Positions 14,358 through 25,900 of a DNA stretch of 64,000 bases are shown here, one piece after another; position 1 is the stretch's first letter; every line of letters begins with the position of its first letter. The DNA lies in NCBI GenBank assembly GCA_964016885.1, contig OZ024746.1:248001-312000 (forward strand). Direction: 5' to 3'. Both the position numbers and the translations under genes were made by a program. The notes under the pieces were generated by a model. The model saw nothing but the letters and a program-made list of their open reading frames with translations. It was not told where the DNA came from and did not search any database. This stretch comes from Eledone cirrhosa. Taxonomy: Eukaryota.

Positions 14358-14436
<79 letters not shown>

Positions 14437-14535
14437 TGATATATATATATATATATGATATGTATATATATATATAATATATATATATATATATGATATG
14501 TATATATATATATGATATGTATATATATATATATG

Positions 14536-14573
<38 letters not shown>

Positions 14574-16228
14574 ATACTTTGGGAGGGTCATGTTGCCAAT
14601 AAGAAACACACGCACCAGTTGCTTTCACTTCAATTTATTATATATTTATAAATTTATAAATTTACAAATCTACAAACTTATAAATTTATGGTTGGTTGGT
14701 TGGTTCCATATTAACTGTAAAACTAGAAATGTAGTATATAGCATAAGATGTACTGAAGGACAATGTAGAAACAAAAATATAGTGTACATAGGTGAGACAG
14801 CTCGTAGTATAGGGGAACGAATAAATGAACACTGGCGAGACTTCAAGATAATAAAGAATCATCTGTGCTCTACCAACATGCTAAGATAGAACACAGGGGT
14901 AAATTAGAGAACATAGAAATAAAAATAGAATCCACACACAGAAAAGATGCAATGTTTAGGCAAATTACAGAGGCAGTAAGCATAAAAGAATTACAACCAA
15001 AATTAAATAGAAAATATGAGTGGAACAGCAACATCACAACTTACAATTAAGGACAAAATGAAAACACACACACACATAGAACAAACAACCAACCAACAAT
15101 AAATAAATAAATAAATAAACAAACAGATAAATGAACACAAACACACACAGACACCCGGATGTGGCGCATGCGCAAACTGAGCACACAACACACACACAGA
15201 AACAAAATGGCGTAGGACAGAAGAAAGGAAAGGCACAGAAACAAAGAAAGGAATCCCCAGTCACTGAAGAGGTCACAGAGTGTGTGACGAAAGGACTATG
15301 ACTATATATAAACAACTATCTGGTTGTGAAACCAACCAACCAACCAGAAATTTATAAGTTTGTAGATTTATAAATTTATAAATTTATAAATATATAATAA
15401 ATTGAAGTGAAAGCAACTGGTGCGTGTGTTTCTTATTGGCAACATGACCCTCCCAAAGTATAACAATATCGGTTTCAACACACGATTTCAGATAAAGAAT
15501 CTTGCTAAACAAATTCAGAAACGAAATATATATATATATATATATATATAAACGTGGTTGGTGTTAGGAAGGGCATCCAGCCGTAGAAAACCCGCCATAC
15601 AGTCCTATACGAGCAAGACAACCAATCTTGCCTCAAGTGGGAAAATTCCCGTCCAAACCCATGCAAGCGTGGAAGATGGACGTTAAACGATGATGATGAT
15701 GATGATGATCATGATATATATATATATAAATATATATGATATGTATATATATATATGTTTACTCAGCTGTAGAAATGAGATGATAGGGACTTGGGTCCCT
15801 ATCATTCCACTGCAAAGTAGTCGTGGAGGTGCCACGGCAAAAAAGCACCCAGCACTCACTGTAAATGAGGTTGGTGTTAGGAAGGGCATCCAGCTGTAGA
15901 AATAAAGCCAGAATCAGTTCCCGTCCCACCCTTGCAAGCAGGGAAAAGCGGACGTAAAATGATGATGATGATGATAATATATATGTATGTGATTCTAAAT
16001 CTATGTATATAGTATATATATGTATGTATATGATATGTATATATCATGTATGTATATGATATATAAATGTATGTATATGATACATAAATGTATGTATATG
16101 ATACATATATGTATGTATATGATATATATATATCTATGTATATGAAATATATGTATGTATATGATATATATGTATGTATATGATATATGTATGCATATAT
16201 ATATATGTATATATATATATATGTATGC

Positions 16229-16259
<31 letters not shown>

Positions 16260-19200
16260 TATACGATATATATCATCATCATCGTATAACATCCATCTTC
16301 CACGCTAGCATGGGTTAGACAGTTTTGTTCCATTTGATGCGAGAATGGTCGGGAGACCATGTCTCGCTCGCACGGAAGCGTCTCTTAGGTTTTTTACGGC
16401 TGGATGCCCTTCCTAACACCAACCACATTTATAGTGTGGACTGGGAGCCTTTTCACCGTGTCGCCTACACTATTAATATATAAGGGAACAAAGAATCAGT
16501 GTTGTATCATATACATATTTAATTACATATTACATATGTTTCACTGTCGATCAGCTCAAGGAATGATCTCTTAATGATGGAACCTGACACTGGAATCAGA
16601 AACTCGTCAGAGATGTTTTAACATGTAGACTCGCGTCTGAGAGTGGTTGAATATTATCCCGATTCCTTCTTATATGCTACCACAGTCCTAGTGGTGTGTC
16701 ATCGTATTCACTTGGTTTGTTTTTTGTCAGATCATAGCTGGAGGCTTTCTATAATTTAGTGGCTATTATCGCCATCTTGGTCAAGTTGTCATACATGTGT
16801 GTCGACCCGTTTGCCTGACATCCACTGGCACATTGTTTGAAGTGTTAAGGAGATAAGGCAATACAAGAATGCAGGCGTGATGAGATGTAAAGGGGTAAAG
16901 AAATTAAGATACAAATAAAAACCAATGCTAACTACGATACAGAGTCGATAATAAAATAAAGTAAAAAAATATATTACAGACATACAATAATTGTTTCTAC
17001 TTTAGGCACAAGGCCAGCAATTACCCAGTGCATTACTGGTACTTTATTTTATTGACCCCATAAGGATGAAAGGCAGAGTCAACCTTGGTGGGATTTGAAC
17101 TCAAATCGTAAAGGGACGTAACTATGGCGTCCGACCCTCTACTGATACTGCCGTTAGTGAGAGGGAGGTAGTGGGTACATAGAAAATATACAAGGATATG
17201 ACCCTAGAAAAATATATAATAAAATAAAGAGAAAATGCAGTAATAAATAAAAAGCAATATCCATATTTAAACCCCCTCCCCCCAAAAAATATAAAGCAAT
17301 ACCAGTGCAGATAGAGGATACGTAGTAAAAACAAAACCTATATATATATACATATATATATATATCATATATATCAATATCATATATATCATATATATAT
17401 ATATATATATATATCATATATATATATACATATATATATATATGATATATATCATCATCACCGTTTTACGTCCGTTCTTCCTCGCTAGCATGGGTTAGAC
17501 GGGTTGTCCTGTTGTAGGCAGTGTCCGGTCGGCTGACCATGTCTTGTTCATACAGGAACTGATTCTGGCTTGATTTCTACAGCTGGATGCCCTTCCTAAC
17601 ACCAACCTCATTTACAGTGAGTGCTGGGTGCTTTTTTTTTTTTCTGTGGCATCTCCATGACCACTTTACAGTGTGGGCTGGGTGCTTTTTTGTTGTGGCA
17701 CCTCCACGACCACTTTGCAGTGGGAGGGTGGGGGCATATTGTCTATATGCTTCAGCTTTGGCTTGTTTCTGTGGGAAGTCGGGTCTTCTGTATTACTGTT
17801 TGACGCCAGAGGTCACTGTCCTGTCAACACCCATTGAGAGGTGCAATTGGGCAAGGTACATTTTATTACCTCATCCCAGGTCTTGGGTCTCCATATATTT
17901 ATGTTGTTACACAAATACAAATATATTTATATATACATATACACATACATTGAAAATACATTAATACACATGCACACATACAAGATTCTTAAGATTACCA
18001 ATAATTCTCTGATAAGTTTTTGTAGATCACCACTGATACACTCTATATTGATCTTCAGTAAGAGTATGTATGTGTGGGGGTGTACATGAGTCTGTATCTC
18101 AGTGTATATGTATGTATGTGTGTGTGGGGGTGTACACGAGTCTGTATCTCAGTGTATATGTATGTATGTCTGTGTGGGGGTGTACACGAGTCTGTATCTC
18201 AGTGTATATATATGTATGTGTGTGTGGGGGTGTACACGAGTCTGTATCTCAGTGTATATGTATGTATGTCTGTGTGGGGGTGTACACGAGTCTGTATCTC
18301 AGTGTATATGTATGTATGTATGTCTGTGGGGGTGTACACGAGTCTGTATCTCAGTGTATATATATGTATGTGTGTGTGGGGGTGTACACGAGTCTGTATC
18401 TCAGTGTATATGTATGTATGTGTGTGTGGGGGTGTACACGAGTCTGTATCTCAGTGTATATGTATGTATGTGTGTGTGGGGGTGTACACGAGTCTGTATC
18501 TCAGTGTATATGTATGTATGTCTGTGTGGGGGTGTACACGAGTCTGTATCTCAGTGTATATATATGTATGTGTGTGTGGGGGTGTACACGAGTCTGTATC
18601 TCAGTGTATATGTATGTATGTCTGTGTGGGGGTGTACACGAGTCTGTATCTCAGTGTATATATATGTATGTGTGTGTGGGGGTGTACACGAGTCTGTATC
18701 TCAGTGTATATATATGTATGTGTGTGTGGGGGTGTACACGAGTCTGTATCTCAGTGTATATATATGTGTGTGGGGGTGTACACGAGTCTGTATCTCAGTG
18801 TATATATATGTATGTGTGTGGGGGTGTACATGAGTCTGTATCTCAGTGTATATATATGTATGTGTGTGTGGGGGTGTACACGAGTCTGTATCTCAGTGTA
18901 TATATATGTATGTGTGTGTGGGGGTGTACACGAGTCTGTATCTCAGTGTATATATATGTGTGTGGGGGTGTACACGAGTCTGTATCTCAGTGTATATATA
19001 TGTATGTGTGTGTGGGGGTGTACACGAGTCTGTATCTCAGTGTATATATATGTATGTGTGTGTGGGGGTGTACACGAGTCTGTATCTCAGTGTATATATA
19101 TGTATGTGTGTGTGGGGGTGTACACGAGTCTGTATCTCAGTGTATATATATGTATGTGTGTGTGGGGGTGTACACGAGTCTGTATCTCAGTGTATATGTA

Positions 19201-22200
19201 CATATGTATGTGTGTGTGGGGGTGTACATGAGTCTGTATCTCTGTATATGTATGTATGTGAGAAAGAGATCAAAAGTGAGAGAGAGAACTAGTCTTTGAA
19301 CATTAAAGAGAATAGACTATATATATATATTGAGATTCAGATTTACACCAATATCGTTACTATAGTACCGGTCTCATGTTCAGATATGACTGCTATTATG
19401 ACCATCGGAAATTAATACTAGGGCCCAGGAAAAGGATCTCTAGGGAACAGAAGAAAATGGAAAAGAAAATGAAAGCAAAGTTAAGAAAGTTAAAAAGAGC
19501 ATTAGAAAACGGTGACAGTGAAGTAAGTAATATTAGACGAACGATCTTTATATGAAAAGGATGTAAAATTATATATATAGTATATAGTTGTGTATAAGTG
19601 ACATTGTCTTCCACGGAAATGTGTAAAACTACCTTCTGACTTATCTACTGGACCTACAAAACCTCAATTTAAAATATATGGTACATTGTAGATGTGTGAA
19701 AAATGGAGGTGTGACTTATACATGTATATATGTAGTCAATATAAAAATTACAAAATAAGATTTTACTAAAATCATTTGATGAAACATAGAGTGAGATAAA
19801 CAGTATATATAACTACCAACATTAATACATCCATTACAGGATACTGGGGTATATAAGCCCCCTTGAAATACTTCCTTGTGGTTGTTTAGATAATGTATAT
19901 ATCTTCTGGTGAGAACCCAAAAAGGTTAAAAAATCAATTTAAGGCATCATACTTATGATGTGTGCATACAAACAGCAATGTTACATGGTAGTGAGACCTG
20001 GGCGCTGTGTGTAGAAGACTTGCGTAGATTAGAAAGAAACGAGACTTGCATGCTCCGATGGATGTGTAATAGTAATATACATGAACAGCAAAGCATAAAC
20101 GAATTGAGAGAGAGACTGAGCATAAGAGGAATCAAATGCTGTGCGCAGGAGAGGAGGATGTGTTGGTATGGACATGTGATGCATATGAAGGATGACAGTT
20201 GCATAAAAGGGTGCAGGACATTAAAAGTTGGTAGAAGCCATGGAGTGGGGAGACCCAAGAAGACCTGGGATGAAGTGATAAAAGCTGACCTTGCCCAATT
20301 GGACCTCTCAAAGGCGATGACACACAACCGTGACCTCTGGCGTCACGCAGTAATACAGAAGACCCAACTAACCACAGGTAGAAGCTGAAGCATATAGACA
20401 ATATGCCCCCCTCCCTCCCCCCATACTGTGAAGTAGTTGTGTAGGTGTCACAACAAAAAAGCACCCAGCACACACTGTAAATGAGGTTGGTGTTAGGAAG
20501 GGCATCCAGCTGTAGAAATCAAGCCAAAATCAGTTCCCGTATGAGCAAGACATGGTCACCTGACCTGGCATTGCCCACAACAGGACAACCCATCTAACCC
20601 ATGCTAGCGTGGAAGAATGGATGTAAAATGGTGATGGTGATGATATTGACAGGGAAATACATAAAACTTGACATATTTACATATCTACTCAATGGATAAA
20701 CTTTATATTATGTAGTCTCAGTGAGTGAACCTAGCTAAGAGTAAAGTGTTGATAAGTAGGGAAGAGGACAAAAGACTCTGATTCCATCAGGGAAATGGCC
20801 ATGCTTGATATGGAGAAAAGGAGTTGGCATAAACTCTATAGAATGTACATAATGCAGATCTTGGCTACACAAGGGGTGTAGTGGGATAGCAGGCAAACTA
20901 ACAGGGAGGGAAAACTTCATATGTAGCAGATGTTCAATTGATAGTAGAAGTATCAGTGATAGGCACATTTTTCAAATGCAGGTTGGATCTATAGAGGTGG
21001 TTGATAGCTTCTGATATCTAGGTGATCAGATTAGCAAGGGAGGAGGGTGCTCTGAGGCCATAGTATTTAGAATAAGGACAGGATGGTAGAAGTTTAGGGA
21101 GCTGCTTCTTCTGATAACAACGAAGGGTTTCTCCCTATGAATGAAAGGTTGGTTGTGTGAGATGCGCAATATTGCATGGTAATGAGACATGGGCAGCAAC
21201 TGCGGAGAATATGTGAAGACTGAAGAGAAATGAAGCAAGCATGCTCCAATGGATGTGTAATGCCAATGTGCGTGAATGACCAAGCATAGATGAGTTGAGA
21301 GTGAAATTGTGTATAAGAGGGATAAACTGTAGTGTGCAGCTGAGAAAACTATGTTGGTATAGTCATGTGATGCACATGGAAGATGACTGTTGGGTGAAGA
21401 AGTGCCAAGAAATTCCGGTGGAAGGAAGATGCAATAGAGGAACACCACGAAAAACATGGGCGGGGGTGGTGACAGTTGACCTCAGATTGCTGATGCTCAC
21501 AGAAATGATGAGGGATGGTGATGAATGGAGAGATGCTGTGCTGAAGAGGACCCATCCCACCCTTGCAAGCAGGGAAAAGTGGAGGTAAAATGATGATGAT
21601 GATGATCATCATCATTTTACGTCCGCTTTTCCCTGCTTGCAAGGGTTAGACAGCTCCTATTCAGCACAGCATCTCCCCACTTGTCACGGTCCTTTATCAT
21701 CTCATCGGTGAGTTTCAGCGATCTGAGGTCTGCTCTCACCACCTCCGCCCATGTGTTATGTGGTCTACCTCTACTGGGATTTCTTGGCACTTCTTTACCC
21801 AGCGGTCATCCTCCATGTTTATCACATGTCCATACCATCTCAGCCTTCTCTCCTGCACACCACAACTTATTCCTCTTATACCCAGTTTCTCTCTCAACTC
21901 ATCCATGCTTGGTCGTCCATGCACATTGACATTGCACATCCAACGGAGCATGTTTGCTTCATTTCTCTCCAGCCGTTGCATATCCTCTGCAGTTGCTGCC
22001 CATGTTTCACTACCATGCAGCATCGCGCTCCTCACACAGGCATCATATAACCGTCCTTTCGTACGCAGGGAGAAACCCTTCTTTGTCAACAGAGGAAGCA
22101 GCTCCCTAAACTTCTTCCAACCCGTCCTTATTCTAGATACTATGGCCTTGGAACACCCCCCTCCCATGCTAATCTTATCACCCAGGTACCGGAAGCTATC

Positions 22201-22886
22201 CACCACTTCTATAGTACCCGCCTGCATTGGAAAAATGTGTCTATCATCACGATTACTACTACCAACTTACCCTGTACATCTACTGCATACGTAGTTTTCC
22301 CTACCTGTTAGTTTGCCTGCTATCCCACTACATCTCTTGTGTACCCAAGATCTGCATTGCGTACATTTTATGGATTTATGCCAGTTCCTTTCCTACATGT
22401 TGAACATGGCCATTTCCCTGATGGAATCAAGAGTTTTGTCCTCTTTTCTACTTATCATGATGTCTATTATATATATAACACACATATATATATATTTTAC
22501 TTCTTCCAGCCATCTGGCTGAGGCCATGCTGGGGCACCACCCTTGTTGCTACATGTTCTATCTCCAGCCTGTGTTGGTTGGCCATTGGTATAAGATGGAG
22601 TTTGTTGCTGCTGCCCTTAGGTTACCTTTGTACCATGCTATGGGCTCATCCGAGATCCTGGATAGCAGGGTGACGAGATGTTTCTTGAAAACATCCACCC
22701 CGTGCAGATCTCTCAAATTTCTTGGCAGCTTGTTGAAGAGTTGAAGGCCTTTGAACCCCAGGCTATTGCAATATCTGCTTCTAATTCATATATATATATA
22801 TCATCATCAATATAATCCTCTTTTACCTGTTCCAACCATCTAGCTGAGACCATGCTGGGGCCCCGCCCTTGGTATAATAATATATA

Positions 22887-22920
<34 letters not shown>

Positions 22921-25900
22921 TATGCTATATATTAATCTAGTTTATACTATATGTATCCTATATTATACACTACATATCATCTTCCATATTCACTTCTACA
23001 ATGAGTACTATATATATACTACATAGTATATACATGTATAGTATTATGTACTATATCATATTCTCTGTACCATATATGTATTATTACAATTCCATATATA
23101 CTTCCATAGTTAAAACTATATAAAAAGTTTTTGAAAACCTTTCATTTTTTAACTACAGTATCCTGATATTATAGAGAAAGTTCTGGGTGTGATCCAGGGA
23201 ATAAGTTTGAAGGCCTGTGAGATTTTAAATGATGATGTTCACCAGGATAAACTTTACCCAATGCTTGAGGTAAAATCAATTTTGTTTAATCAATATTTTT
23301 CTTTCTATTTCATCAAACTGTAAAAATATTTAATGCAAGAGATTTTCTATTTAACATGTTAGAAATAGCTTCCTCAAACCACTCTCCACCTTCTTAGGAA
23401 AAATAAAAATGACATATACTACAAATGATATATATATGTTATACAGTTCATATATATGTATTACTTATGACATATACTAAATGTATATTATATACTGTAT
23501 ATATATTATATACACAGCCTGACATCTACATGTCGTACACAATATATGATGTGACATTCATTACATGATATAACCTATGACATACACTATATATATTCTA
23601 TATAATATACAACCTATGACATTCATTACATGATATATATTACCTATGACATACACTATATATATATACTATATTATATACAACCTATGACATTCATTAC
23701 ATGATGATACCTATGACATCTGACATATTCTATATATGTCCTACACAACATATTACCTATGTCATATACACTATATGATATACTAAACACAACTGACACT
23801 AAATAGCACATGAATGAATAAGTTATACATCTTCCTACCTGGCATGGGTTGGACAAGTCAGAGCAATCCTATCTTGACCTTTCATATTTAGCATTCTTTT
23901 ACATCTGGTTGCTTTTCCTAACATCTTTTAGGATATATACTGGGTTTATTTTATTATGGTAACAACACTACCACTTTACAGTGTACTGGGTGTATTTTAT
24001 TATGACACCAACACTACCACTTTACAGAGTGTACTGGGTGTATTTTATCATGATACAGTACACTCTGTAAAATGGTAGTGTTGGTGTGTACTTTATCATG
24101 CTACCAGTACTAGAGAGGTTGTCATATCATCATATGTACATATGTAAATATATTGTCTCGCTATGAAGTGTTGTTTTTAAATTAAAATATTAGAAAAAAA
24201 GAAAAGGCCTATATATTATCTCTTAACATCCTGTAATGATTTAGCAGAAAATATCTAAAAATTGGTTTAATTCAAATGTTTATAGTATATTTACTAGTGG
24301 ACAGATCATTGAGTATTTGCAGTATTAATTCTTAAAAACCTGTAATGATTTAGCAGAAAATATCTCAAAACAGGCTTGTTAATTCAAATGTTAATAGTGT
24401 CTTTACTGGTGAACAGATTGTTGCGAAAATTTACAGTAATCTAAATAAAATAAAGGCATCAATTTTTAATGTGATTCTATCTGTGCTGCTTTTTATTGTT
24501 GAAGAATGTCTTGGTAATGTGATTACATATGGTACAGGATATTAACAGTGTTAAAAATATACAATTCTTCTAATCATGTGGCCTCACATGGTGTGTTTAA
24601 AGTGACAGACTTTACTGCAAGACTATATATATACTGGACATTTATGTAATTATATCCTAGAAATTATTAAAATATCTTTAATTAGTTCTATATATCAGTA
24701 CTCAACATAAGCTATAGGTTTTCTCTATATGTTCAAAACTATTAATCCCGCCGAGGTTAACTTTGCTTTTCATCCTTACGGGGTTGATAAAATAAAGTAC
24801 CAGTAATGTACTGGGTAATTGATGGCCTTGTGCCAAAAGCAGAAACAATTATTATTGGTGGATTGGCAGTATCGGTAGAGGGTCGGACGCCATGTTTCCA
24901 GCATAGTTACGTCCCTTTACGATCCGAGTTCAAATCCCACCGAGGTTGACTTTATTTTATCGACCCCGTAAGGATGAAAGGCAAAGTACCAGTAATGCAC
25001 TGGGTATTTGCTGGCCTTGTGTCTAAAGTAGAAACAATTATTATTGATAGCACAAGACCACAACTATGATGTTTTCAATTGTATTTCTTACTACATAATT
25101 TATTTTCAAGTATGTTGTATCTCTTTCACAGGAATTAGTTGATTTAAACCATTGTCAGTTGGCAGCTCTTGGTGTCAGTCATCCATCTCTGGAATATATA
25201 CGATACATTCTGCAAGAATTTTCTTTGTCTGCAAAACTGACAGGAGCTGGAGGTGGTGGATGTGCTTTTGCTATCCTTAATCCTGGTATATCTTTATACT
25301 TTATTATATTTCTTTACTTTTTGTAATGGTTTCAGTTATTAGGTTACAATCATGCTGGGGCACTGCCTGAAAGACATGTAGTCAATCTTAATAGCCCTAG
25401 TACTTATTTTATCAATCACTTTTTATTGAACAGCTAGATTACAGGACATCAACATATATATCTTATCATCATCATTGTTTAACATCTATCTTCCACACTA
25501 GCATGGTTAGACGGGTTTATTCCATTTGAGGCAAGTTGGGTCGAGTGATATCTATATATACATCCCATAATACTTTGTGTTAACTATACTACAATATATA
25601 TCAGCTGGAATACAACCCTATTGAAACAGATCTTGTAACAGCATTGAGTGCTTTGAACGGCATGCCACCTATAACTGTAGTTACACACATAACATATGTA
25701 TATATGTTATAGAGTCATGACCCAACGGCTGAGCTCTTGCCATTTCAACAGTTCCAGACTCCTCATATACAAACACTACAAGCCTCCGCAGTTTTTGCCT
25801 ACCAAATTTCTCCCATAAGGTATTGGTCCCCATAGTAGAAGACACGTAATTGGGCTCTTTACCAGTTATGGCACACTTCTCTTTCACCTCCTAAATATGG

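Noticed and set aside
18070-19299. 409/385/243-aa Cys/Val/Tyr-rich ORFs
   Set aside because: Open in several frames because of a 50-bp minisatellite; no splice or homology support.
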